DNA of 64,000 nt. Source: Camelus ferus. Lineage: Eukaryota. The position numbers and the translations under genes are program-made. This document shows positions 1 to 11,971 of the stretch, in pieces (the stretch's first letter is position 1; each line of letters starts with the position of its first letter). The stretch is taken from positions 86,988,001 to 87,052,000 of the forward strand of contig NC_045697.1 of assembly GCF_009834535.1 (NCBI RefSeq), given 5' to 3'. The notes under the pieces are model-generated. The model saw nothing but the letters and a program-made list of their open reading frames with translations, did no database searches and was not told where the DNA came from.

Positions 1-134
1 CTTGAAATAACTTCACCGAAATTTTCTTGATCTGAAACAATTAGAAAAGTTAAAATACTTTTTTTAGCTCCAAAAAAGTATATATGAATTTCCTCAACAT
101 TTTCAAGCCAATTAAAGATAGGTAAGATACATAC

Positions 135-189
135 CGATATCTTCTCCAGGCTCTGACAGGCCTCCTGGAAATTTCCACATATTTTTCAA
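135..189 (-). CDS. NUDT6: NUDT6 coding exon 4 (55 bp), [18 protein letters not shown](G), start of the Nudix box
   Basis: Minus strand tgcag|TTGAAAAATATGTGGAAATTTCCAGGAGGC...GATATCG|gtatgt; canonical AG/GT; phase fits exon 3. Confidence 0.95.
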
Positions 190-718
190 CTGCAGTATAA
201 AATCAGAAAGGTTAACATAGCTTTTATTCACCAATACACACACAAGGCGATGCCACAAAATCTACCCATAATTGGTTAAGGTGGTTGAGAATTTATTTTT
301 TGGTAATTGTATGCAAATTTTTTGCAGCTTTCTTTCTTACTCCTCCCTTTCTTTCTTTTTTGGGGAAACTAGTGACTTGTGAAATCTTTTCCCACCTTTT
401 TCTTCAGGAAGTAGAAGTGGTTTGGTTTGGTTAATGTGATAAATTCTGTATGAGTGAAACAGTGGAGGGAAACATCTACTGAATTTGTGTAGTTTAAAAA
501 GTTTTGCTGCTAGTTTATTAAAAAATAGAGAAATCCTACTGATGCTGCTATAAATAAGTAGACAATACAGTATAAATTTAATCACTAAAGTATGCTATTT
601 TAAATTTTCACATTTATTTTCTGTATTGTGTGTCTAATCAGATATATTAATCTTAAGATTTCTTTTGTTCTGTGTTAATGACTATGTAAAAATGTAACTG
701 CTTTTCATGGGAAGTGTG

Positions 719-724
719 AATAAA
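719..724 (+). terminator. FGF2: Polyadenylation signal AATAAA, probably the distal FGF2 site
   Basis: AATAAA followed about 20-45 nt later by a T/GT-rich tract (gggcttttgtattctatttctttcttttggt). Confidence 0.7.
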
Positions 725-1443
725 ATTGGTTAAATTTGTAGGGCTTTTGTATTCTATTTCTTTCTTTTGGTGGGGAGGGGCAGGTGGGAAGATCTGATCT
801 CAGAATGGAGATAAATATGGGAAAAATTGATTTAAAATAATTATGAAATGGCATGGGATGATATTCTTATGGCTGACATTTTTTCATGTTAGAGTTCTTT
901 CAATCCATCACCATGCTAAAAACTGAAGAATGAATGAGAAATTATGATATGCTCATGGAGGTGCTGCAGCATGGAGCCAGTATACCTCATACACTTCATT
1001 CATAAAACAAGTTTATGGACCTTTTACTGGTGTGCTTTCTGACCTACTCATTTCCTGGACAACAGCTTCTTAAAGAATGTGTCATTTCCCAACTATGCCA
1101 GCTTGGACACCAGTGGCATGGTTCCCAGAGTTTCCACAGACTGTTGATTATGTGGGTACAGAATTGAGGCTTTCCACCCTTCCGTGTCTGGCTCAGACTT
1201 GAGATTAATTTATAAAGCATATTATGTTTTATTTTGTTATTGTAGAAACATCTAAGTATATCTCTCTGTTTTGGGGGTTTCATTTTGAAACTTTCAGAAG
1301 TTATGTTTCTACAGAAACTATGCAGTCTTTTTGTCTGTTAGGATATTAAACTTCACTACTATAAATTCTAACAAAAGAAATGTTATAATGGGGCAAACAA
1401 CTGTTTCCCCAGATCAATAAAAATCAACTTCTAAAAATCTTTA

Positions 1444-1566
1444 GTTGAGAGCGTATAGCTCAAGTGGTAGAGCACATGCTTAGCATACACAAAGTCCTGG
1501 GTTCAATCCCCAATACCTCCTCTAAAAATAAGTAAGTAAACCTAATTACTCCCCCTCAAGAAATTT
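1444..1566 (+). mobile_element. tRNA-derived SINE, vic-1-like (camelid)
   Basis: A box (tagctcaagtgg), B box (ggttcaatccc), non-tRNA A-rich tail, 12-bp TSD taaaaatcttta at 1432-1443 and 1567-1578. Confidence 0.85.
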
Positions 1567-1984
1567 TAAAAATCTTTACCTAGACTTGATTATAAATAAT
1601 TGGTAATTATTAAATTTGGAGATATAAACTTATTAGAAGGGGAAAAATGCTAGATACAAGGATTGAAAACAGCTCAGACAAATTTTGATTATTCAATTAT
1701 AAATCTTAGGTATGGGAAGATTAAGTATATTTTTTATGCTGGTAAACTGTGATATTTAATGGCACCACTTAGCTTTAAAAAGCTTATTTTAAAAAAGCTT
1801 CCTCCCGCCAAAAGCTTGAGCTTATGGTTAGTTCTAAATGGTAGATAGAGGGGCCTAAGTTATTTGATTTGAAAAACCTGGTTAATGTTATAGATATGAT
1901 GTATCAGTGGAGGGATGAGTATGTCTTCTCACTTTTTTTGTATTAAAGATACTCATTAACTGGATTTACCAATATAATAAGTAA

Positions 1985-2205
1985 TACTAATAAATACTAG
2001 GTAATGTATACTGAATACTATTCCAGACACCATTCTAGATGTTTTAAAATTATACACATTTAAACTTTACAGTAATCCTATGAGAAACTATTATTGTTCC
2101 CATTTTAGAAGTGATGAAATTAAGGACATAAAAGGATTTAATGACTTGCCTGGAGTGATACAACTAGTGTGTAGTAAACTAGGGATTAAAATAGAGGCAA
2201 TCTGA
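1985..2205 (-). mobile_element. MIR SINE, old and degenerate
   Basis: MIR core-like sequence attattgttcccattttagaagtgatgaaattaagg...aatgacttgcctggag. Confidence 0.65.
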
Positions 2206-2209
2206 TAGT

Positions 2210-5200
2210 TTGAGATAAATGAAAATGAAAACAACGATTCAAAACCTTTGGGACACAGCAAAAGCAGTTCTAGGAGGGAAGTTCTTATCGATACAAGCCT
2301 ACCTGAGGAAACAAGAAAAATCTCAAGTAAACAACCTAACCTTACACCTAGAACAGCTAGAGAAAGAACAACAAAATCCAAAATTAGTAGAAGAAAAAAA
2401 TCAAAGATTAGAGCAGAAATAAATGAAACAGAGACTGAAAAAATAGAAAAGATCAATGAAACAAAAAGCTGATTCTCTGAAAAAAAAATTTTGATAACCC
2501 TTTAGTCAGACTCATCAAGAAATAAAGGGAGAGGGCCCAAATTTGTCAAAGATGAAAAAGAAGTTACAACCGACACCACAGAAATACAAGGGATCCTAAG
2601 AGGCTACTATGAGCAACTATACGCCAACAAAAAGGATAACCTAGAAGAAATGGATAATTTCCTAGAAATGTACAATTTACCAAGACTGAACCAGGAAGAA
2701 ATAGGCAATATGAATAGACCAATTACCAGTATTAAAATTGAATCAGTAAAAAACTCCCAACAAACCGAAGTCCAGGAACAGATGGCTTCACAGGTGAATT
2801 CTACCAAACATTTAAGAGAGCTAACACCTATCCTGACACTATTTCCAAGAATTACAGAGGAAGGAACAGTTCCAAACACCTTCTATGAGGCCAGCATCAC
2901 CCTGATACCAAAACCAGACAAAGATACCACAAAAAAAGAAAATTACAGGCCAATATCACTTATGTATATAGATGCAAAAATCGTCAACAAAATACTAGTA
3001 AATTGACTCCAACAATGGATTAAAAGGACCATATACCATCATCAAGTGGGATTTATCCCAAGGATGCAGGGAATTTTCAGTATCTGCAAATCAATGTGAT
3101 ACACCACATTAACAAATTTTAGAATAAAAACCATACGATTATCTCAATAGATGCAGAAAAAGCTCTTGATGGAATTCAACATCCATTTATGATAAAAACT
3201 CTCCAGAAGGTGGGAACATACCCCAACATTATAAAGGCCATATATGACAAACCCACAGCTAACATCATACTTAATGGGAAAAACCTGAAAGCATTTCCTC
3301 TAAGATCAGGAACAAGACAACGATACCCACTCTTGCCAGTTTTATTCAACATAGTTTTGGAAGTCCTAGCCACAGAAATCAGAGAAGAAAAAGAAAAGTC
3401 CAAATTCGAAACAAAGAAGTACAACTGTCACTGTTTGCAGATAACACGGTACTATACATAGAAAACCTTAAGGAAGTGACCAGAAAACTACTAGAACTCA
3501 TTTGGTAAAGTTGCAGGACACAAAATACACAGAAATCCATTGCATTTCTATACATTAACAATGAAATAGCAGAAAAAGAAATTAAGGAAACAATACCATT
3601 TACCATTGCACCATAAAGAATTAAATACCTAGGAATAAACCTACCCAAGGAGGCAAAAGACCTGTACTCCAAAAACTGTAAGACACTGATGAAAGAAATT
3701 GAAGATGATGTAAACAAATGGAAAGATAAATGGTGTTCTTGGATTTGAAGGATCAATATTGTTAAAATGGCCATACTACCCAAGGCAATATACAGATTCA
3801 ATGGAATCACTATCAAATTACCAACATTTTTCACAGAGCTGAAGCAAAAAAATGTTAAATTTGTATGGAAACACAAAAGTCCCCAAATAGCCAAAACAAT
3901 CTTGAGAAAGAAGAAGGGAGATGGGGGAATCATTCTCCCTGACTTCAGACTATACTACATAGCTAAAATAATCAAAACAGTATGGTACTGGCACAAACCC
4001 AGACACATAGATCAATGGAACAGGATAGAAAGTCCAGAAATAAACTCATGTATTTATGGTCAATTAATCTACGACAAAGGAGGCAAGAATATACAATGGG
4101 GAAAAGACAGACTCTTCAATTAGTAGTGCTAGGAAAACTGGACAGCTACTTGTAAAAGACTGAAATTAAGACATTCTCTAACACCATATACAAAAATAAA
4201 CTCAAAATGGATTAAAGACCTAAATGTAAGACCACATAGTATAAAACTCTCTAGAGAAAATGTAGGCAGAACACTCACATAAATCACACAGCAGTATATA
4301 TTTTTTCAAACCAGCTCCTAGAGTAATGGAAATAAAAGTAAAAATAAATGGGATTAATTAAACTTTTTAAAAGCTTTTGCACAGCTAAGGATACCATCAA
4401 CAAAATGAAAAGATAACCTACAGAATGGGAGAAAATATGTGCAAATGATGCAACCGACAATGGACTAATTTCCAAAATATAAAAACAACTCATACAGCTT
4501 AATATCGAAAAAACACAAGCAACTCAATGAAAAAGTGGGCAGAAGACCTAAATAGACAGTTCTCCAAAGAAGACATCCAGATGACCAACAAGCACATGAA
4601 AGGATGCTCAACATCATTAATTGTTAGAGCAATGCAAATCAAAACTACAGTGAGGTATCATCTCACACCAGTTAGAATGGCCATCATTAAAAAGTCCACA
4701 AATGATAAATGCTGGAGAGGATGTGGAGAAAAGGTAACCTTCCTACACTGTTCGTGGGGATGTAAATTGGTGCAGCCTCTACGGAGGACAGTATGACGGT
4801 TCCTTAAAACACTAAATAGACTTACCAATGATCCAGCAATCCCACTTTTGGGCATATATCCAGAGGGAACCTTGATTCAAAAAGACACATGCACCCCAGT
4901 GTTCATAACAGCATTAGTAACAATAGCCAAGACATGGAAAAAACCCAAATGTCCATCAACAGATGACTGGATAAAGAAGTGGTATATATATATATATACA
5001 ATGGAATGCTACTCAACCATAAAAAGAATAAAATAATGCCATCTGCAGCAAAATGGATGTACCTGGAGATCATTATTCGAAGTGAAGCCACAAAGAGAAA
5101 GAAAAATGCCATGTATTACTTATATGTGGACTCTAGAAAAAAAAAGACACCAATGAACTACTTATCATTTATAACATGGATGACTGATTTCTTGAATATG

Positions 5201-5460
5201 TGTAAGCACATTTGACTGTCCTTTATGATTGGATGACTGCATTCTGTTCTTATTTTGTGGTTGGCTTTATTCCTTTGATAACTAAGTTTAAATAGCTAAA
5301 GCTCTAAACTATTCTTAGAAGTAATGAACGATACATTTATGTAAATTAAATATATGTAGTACATTATATTATGTATTTACATGCAATAAATTGTATCTGT
5401 TCAGTCAAATTGTATCGATTTTAGTTAATAAAACTGAAAAATGAAAACAAAACTTCAAAA
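2210..5460 (+). mobile_element. 5'-truncated decayed LINE-1 (ORF2 remnant plus 3' UTR with atypical terminus)
   Basis: ORF2 peptides in shifting frames ([57 protein letters not shown]); AATAAA and A-rich end near 5430-5460; boundaries approximate. Confidence 0.92.
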
Positions 5461-8400
5461 AACCCCAAAATGTCATGGGTTGTGTAGCAATAATTAAAAA
5501 AAAAACAAAACAAAACAGACTGGGTAGCTTAAAAAAAAAATAAAATCCAGGCAACTTGATTCTAACCATCTTTTAAGAGTCTGAGCCAAGATGGCAGAGT
5601 ACAGAGACTCACACCAAGAATTACACCTACAAACCCACTGAATCACACAGAACACCTACTGAACCCTGGCAGAGTGTCTCTCTCTTCGAAATACAGGATT
5701 CTCACAAAATCTGGTAATGAAGGAAAAAAAAATCAGTGCAGAACTAGTCCTGCAGGGAGGGAGCAGCATAGAAAGAAAGGTACCCTCATGTTGGGATGCC
5801 CCCTTTCCAGCTGGGAGGTCAGCAGGGACAGAAGTGGAGCTTCAGAAGCTCATAGGAGAAAGTGGCAGCCACTTGGAAGACAGAGCTAAGGAAACTGACA
5901 CAGAGGCTCCTTGCAATCCCTGGCTTAGACGCGAGCCGGCAGGGATGAGCTGGAACTGGCTGCTGGAGATTGGTGAGGAGCCCACTGCACACAGGCAGCC
6001 TTAGGGGACTGGAGGGTGGTGTGAGCTCTGGCTGGGGTTGTGTGTGGAACAGAATAGCCTTGGGCCCCCATAAAAAAGCACCACTAATAGTTTGTATGTC
6101 GGGGAGGGGTGCAACACAGCCACGCCATGGCAGCTTTCTCTGCTTGGTGCCATTGTTGGTGTGTTCTCGTGAGAAGGGAGGTGGGGCTTGGTCATAGCCA
6201 TCACTGCTGCACGGAGGGAGGGCTGAAAACTGAATCCTTACCCAGAGGCCCTGTAACTTCGCAGACGGAACTGAAATTTGTTTATAGCCCCAGGCAGAGA
6301 GGGTGGATTTGCTCACTCTGGACCCTTTGTGGACCCGAGCCTCTGGGACCAATATGCAGTGAGTGGAGTTCTGAAGCATGGCAGGGGCGAGTACGGGTAT
6401 TTACAATGGGCTGGTGGACCATACCATGTGGGGCATGGCTGGGGTCTGTGCTGACCCTGTGGCAAACCACAGATTTAGGTGTGTGACTGCATTCTTGCTA
6501 CAACAGCAGGTCTGAGCGCCTGACATTGGTGGATCAGCACTGGTGGTTCCTGGGGCTCAGAACACCAGAGCAGGCGTAAGGCAGGGACAAAGGCAGTGTC
6601 AACAAAGAGTACTGTGTAAGCCCACATAACAAATGACAGACAACCACAGATGGCACTTCCTAGTGGACACCTCCTGCCTACTCTTCCTCCCAGCTGAAGC
6701 GCTCCAATCCTGCCTACTACACACCACAGCTCAGAAATGGATCTAGAAGCCTCTATTCCAGCAACAGGGGAGGCAGACAAGGCCCCTGTCAAGGCTATGA
6801 CAACCAGAGAACAAAAAAGGAGGCCAGGCTCAACAACAACAATCAGGGCAGGCTCTGATCACCACACCACCAACCACACTCCCAATCAAAGGAACAGCCA
6901 GCACTCATGGAAGATGTGGCAACCATCCATAGTAAGAACAGCCACTGCAACAAAACTATTAGACGCACACAGTCTACACAGGAATGCTCCTACTTTAAAT
7001 AAAAACAAACAAAAACAGCCCTTCAACACCACAGTAGATAACTGATACTCCTAAATCCATAGAGCCAGAGAAATGTAAGCGAAATGAAGAAGCAGAGGAA
7101 CTACTCTCAGTTAAAAGAATGAAAAATCTAAGACTACGAATAGAGACAGAATACTTTAAAAAGGAAATTTAAACCATAAAGAAGAGCCGATTAAAAACAG
7201 AAAACTCGACTGCTGAGGTAAGAGCTGAGCTAAACGCAGTTAAAAGTAGACTAGATAATGCAGAGGAACGAATAAGTGACTTAGAAGACAGGGTAACAGA
7301 AGTTACCCAATCAGAAAAACAGACAGAAAAGCAAGTAAAAACCAATGAAAGCAATACAAGGGACCTATGGGATAATATAAAGTGTGCCAACCTACGCATA
7401 ATACGGGCCTCAAAAGGAGAAGAAAGAGAAAACAGGATTGAAAAGGTATTGGAATAAATCATTGAAAACTTTCCAAACCTAAAGGAAACAGCTATCCAAG
7501 TACATGAGGTAAAGAGGGTCCCAAACAAGAAGAACTCAAACAGACCTACACTAAGACATATTATAATTAAGATAGCCAAAGTTAAAGAAACAATTCTAAA
7601 AGCAGCAAGAGAAAAACAAAGAGTTAGTTACAAGGGAACTCCCATAAAGCTTTCAGCTGATTTCTCTATACAAACACTGCTGGGCAGAAGGGGGTGGCAA
7701 TATAAACTCAAACTCCTGAATGAGAAAAAGCTGCAACCTAGGATACTCTATCCAGCAAGACTATCCTTTAGAGTAGAGGAGAGAGAATTTCACAGCCAAG
7801 CAAAAACCAAACCTACACTAAAAGAAATACTGAAAGGTCTACTCTAAATAGAAAAGAAACAGGAAGCTATAGAGATGAGAAAACCATAATTGGAAATGCA
7901 ATAACCACAATGAGTTACAAGAGAATAAACTTGAAGATGTAAAAAGAAAAATCAAAATCATAAAAGGTGGGAGAGGAGAGCAAGAGAACATAGATACTGT
8001 TTCTCTCTCTCTTTTTTTGTCTTCATTCTTTTTAGGATGTGTTTTAGCCTACATGACTATCAGTATAAAGCAAAAAGATATAGTGATGGATTAACAGACT
8101 TCAAAAACAGGGTAACCACAAATCAAAAGCACAATGCAGTCACAAAAACCAAAAAAGAAACCAAGCTAATACAGAAGAAAATGATCAAACCACAAAAAGA
8201 AAAACAAAAAGGAAAAGAAAGGAACAAAGAAGAAATACCAAATCAACTGGGAAACAAAGTTCAAAATAATTATAAATACACATCTGTCAAAAATTACTAT
8301 AAACGTCAATGGACTAAAAGCTCCAATCAAAAGACAGAGTGGCAGACTGGATAATAAAACAAAAGCCCAAAATATCCTGCCTACAATAGACCCACTTTAG

Positions 8401-8921
8401 AGTGAAGGACACAAATAGATTGAAAGTGAGAGGATGGAAAAAATTTTTTCATGCAAATGGAAATGACAAGAAAGTGGGAGTAGCAATACACATATCAGAC
8501 AAAAAAGACTTTTAAAACAGAGCCCATAAAGAAAGACGAGTAAGGACAAGATATAATGATCAAAGGAGCAAAAACAAGATGAAGATATTACACTCATTAA
8601 CATACATGCACCCAATATAGGAGCACCTACATATAAAACAAATACTAACAGACATAAAGGAAGAAATTGATGGGAATACCGAATAGTAGGAGACTTTAAC
8701 ACTCCATTAACATCACTGAACAGGTCTTCCAGATGGAAAATCAGTAAGGCAACAGAGATACTTAATGACACAATACAACACTTGGACTTGGTTGATATTT
8801 TTAGGACATTACATACCCCCGAAACAGAATACACATTCTTTTCAAGTGCTCACGGAACATTCTCTAGGATAGACCACATACTCAAGCACAAAAGAAGCCT
8901 CAACAGATTTAAGAGGATAGA

Positions 8922-11174
8922 GGGGTATTTCCAGTCAAGATGGCGGAGTGGTAGGACCATGAGCTTGCCTCTCTTCATGACTACAATGAAACCACAACTG
9001 AATGCTAAACAACCACTGAAAAAAGACTGGAACCTAGCAAAAAAGATCTTCTGCAACTGGCAACATAAAGAGGGAACCACAAATGGTAGGAGGGGTATGC
9101 TCACGATATAACTGGGCCTCATACCCTCTGGGTGGGCAACCCACAAGCTGAAGATTTGTTATGTCACAGAGGCCCTCCCACAGGAGTGAGAGCTCTAAGC
9201 CCCACGTCAGGCTCCCCAGCTCAGGTTCTGGCACTGGGAAGAGGAGGAGACCCCAGGACATCTGGTTTTGAAGGCTAGGGGGGCTTGGCTCTGGGAGCCT
9301 CACGGGACTAGGGGAAAAAAGACTCCATTCACTTGGGAAGCATACACAGAAACATGCACCAGGTCCAAGGGCAGAGGCAGTGATTTCATAGGAACCGGGC
9401 CAGACCTGCCTGCTGGATTTCGAGGGTCTCCTGGGGATGTGGGGGACAGCTGTGGCTCACTCAGGAGACACAAAAGCTGGTGCTGGACTTTCTGGGAGTG
9501 TTAGTCTATATGAACTTTCCTGGGGGCTGACATCTTGATTGGATCATTAGCACCAAGACCCAGCCCCACCCAACAGCCTGTAGAGAAGCCTCAGGCCACA
9601 CAACATACAGGGTGGGAACACAGCCCCACCCATCACCAGACTTACTAAGCCACAAGGCCTCTAGACACAGCACTACCCATCAGAGGTCCAGGACCAAGCT
9701 TCACCCAGCGGTGGGAAGGCACTGGCTCCTCCTGCCAGGAAACCTGCATAAGCCTCTAGCCCAGCCTCATCCACCAGGGGCAGATAATAGAAATAAGGAA
9801 ACAATAATCCCAAAGCATGTGGAAGGAATCCACAAACATACAGAAAGACAGATATGAAGTGGCAAAGGAATATCTACCAGGCCAAGGCACAAGATAAAAT
9901 CCCAGAAGAAATATGTGATGAGGAGACAGGCAACTTATCTGAGAAAGAGTTTAAAGTAATGATGGCCAAGATGTCTAGAGAACTCACAAGAAGTATAGAT
10001 GCACATAGCGAAATTTTTATTAGCAAAGAGCTGGAAAATATAAAGAATATCCAGAGCTTAAGAATAAAATCACTGAAATGAATAACAAACACACTAGAAG
10101 GAACCAAGAATAGACTAAATGAGGCAGAAGAATGGATCAGTGAACTAGAAGACAGATTAGTGGAAATCACTACTTCAGAATACAAAAAAGATTAAAAAAA
10201 GGAATGAGGATAGTTTAAGAGAACTCTGGGACAACATGAAGCACTCTAATATTTGCATTATAGGGTTCCCAGAGAAGAGAAAGAGAAAGGACCTGAGAAA
10301 ATTTTTGGAGAGATAATCACTAAAAACTTCCCCAACTTGGGAAAGGAAACAGTCAGCCAAGTCCAGGAAGCACAGAGAGTACCACACAGAATCAACCCAA
10401 AGAAGAACACACCAAGGCACATAGTTATCAAATTGACAACAATTAAGGAGGAGAAAATATTAAACTTAGCAAGAGAAAAGCAACAAATAACATATAAGGG
10501 AACTCCCATAAGGTTATCAGCTGATTTTTCAGCACAAACTCTACAGGGCAGAAGAGAGTGCCATGATATATTTAAAGTGATGCAAGGGGGAAACTTACAA
10601 CCAAGAATACTCTAACCAGCAAAGCTCTCATTCAGACTTGATGGAGAAATCAAAAGCTTCACAGATAAAGAAAAGCTAAAAGATTTCAGCACCACCAAAC
10701 CAGTTTTACAACAAATGTTAAAGGACCTTCTCTAATCATCAAACCGTAAGAAAAAAGAACAAGAAGAAGGGAAAAAAGAGACCTACAGAAGATTGCTTTG
10801 GCTGTTTGGGGTCTTTTGTGGTTCCTTATAAATTTTGGAAGTGTTTGTTCTAGTTCTGTGAGGAATGTCGGTAGTATTCTGATAGGGTTGCATTGGATCT
10901 GTGGATTGCTTTGGGTAGTGTGGCCATTTTGATAGTGTTGATCCTTCTAATCAAAGAGTACAAGAAATCTTTCCATTTCTTTGTGATATTTCGGTTTTCA
11001 GAGTATAGGTAACCTCCTTGGTTTAGTTTATTTCTAGGTATTCTGTTGTTTTTGATGTTATGGAAATGTCTCTGCCAGTTATAAAATACTGGTTTTTGAA
11101 GTGGGAAAAAAAAAAGTAAATGAAGGGCCACAAATGGCAAAATATCCTTCTTTTTTATGGGTGAGTTGTATTCC

Positions 11175-11227
<53 letters not shown>

Positions 11228-11971
11228 GTGCTGCATCTTCATTATCTTTTCAACTATTGATGTGCACTTAAGATGCTTCCATAAATAATGTTGCTTTTAA
11301 TAGCAGAGTGTATGTATCTTTTTGAATTAATTCTTATTTTGTGGTTGGCTTTATTCCTTTGGTAACTGTAAGTTTAAAATGCTAAAGCTCTAAACATTCT
11401 TAGAAACAATGAATAGTACATACAGATAAATTAAAAAAAATGTGTACAGTTAAAAAAAAATCTATCAAGCCTTGTAAGACATGGAAGAAACTTAAAAGAC
11501 GTATTACTAAACGAAAGCCAGTCTCAAGAGGCTACAAACTACGATTCCAGCCAAATGACATTCTGGAAAAGGCACAGCTACAGAAACAAAAAAAAGATCA
11601 TGGTTTCCAGGGGTTTGGGGAGAAGGAGGGAGGGAGGAATGAATAGACAGAGCGCAAGGGATATTTAGGGCAATGAAATTATTCTGTATGATACTATAGT
11701 GGTGGCTACACATCATTATCCATTTTTCAAAACCCATAGAATGTACAACATCAAGAGTGAACCCTAATGTAAACTATAGACTTTGGTTGATAATAATGTG
11801 CCCATGTTGGTTCATCAGCTGTACCAAATATGTCACACTGATGAGGGATGTTGAGGGTAGGGGAGTATATATGTGTGGGTAGGTAGGGCTATGTGTGAAC
11901 TCTATGTATTTTCTGCTCAATTCTGTTGTGAACCTGAAACTGCTCTAAAAGACTAGTCTATTTTTAAAAAA
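8922..11971 (+). mobile_element. Nested ORF1-only mosaic L1 derivative (HAL1-like)
   Basis: Perfect 15-bp TSD atttaagaggataga at 8907-8921 and 11972-11986; YY1-type aagatggcgg 8937-8946; decayed ORF1 9854-10735; no sense ORF2; composite 3' part. Confidence 0.85.
11178..11222. repeat. (CA)n microsatellite
   Basis: Uninterrupted run of about 22 CA units. Confidence 0.95.

Larger units (their letters stand above)
1..745 (+). other. FGF2: Distal end of the FGF2 3' UTR (no coding sequence in window)
   Basis: AT-rich sequence resembling the mammalian FGF2 mRNA 3' end as I recall it (gatgctgctataaataagtag...cttttcatg...tgaataaaattg); AATAAA at 719-724; overlaps NUDT6 exon 4 antisense, as known for this locus. 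The end coordinate is approximate. Confidence 0.8.

Noticed and set aside
1448..1520. tRNA-Ala-like gene
   Set aside because: Degenerate stems, a non-tRNA tail and a flanking TSD mark it as a SINE
2187..5560. Possible TSD of the first L1 (taaaatagaggcaatctgat versus taaaatccaggcaacttgat)
   Set aside because: Only 16/20 identity in MIR-like sequence; plausible but not secure
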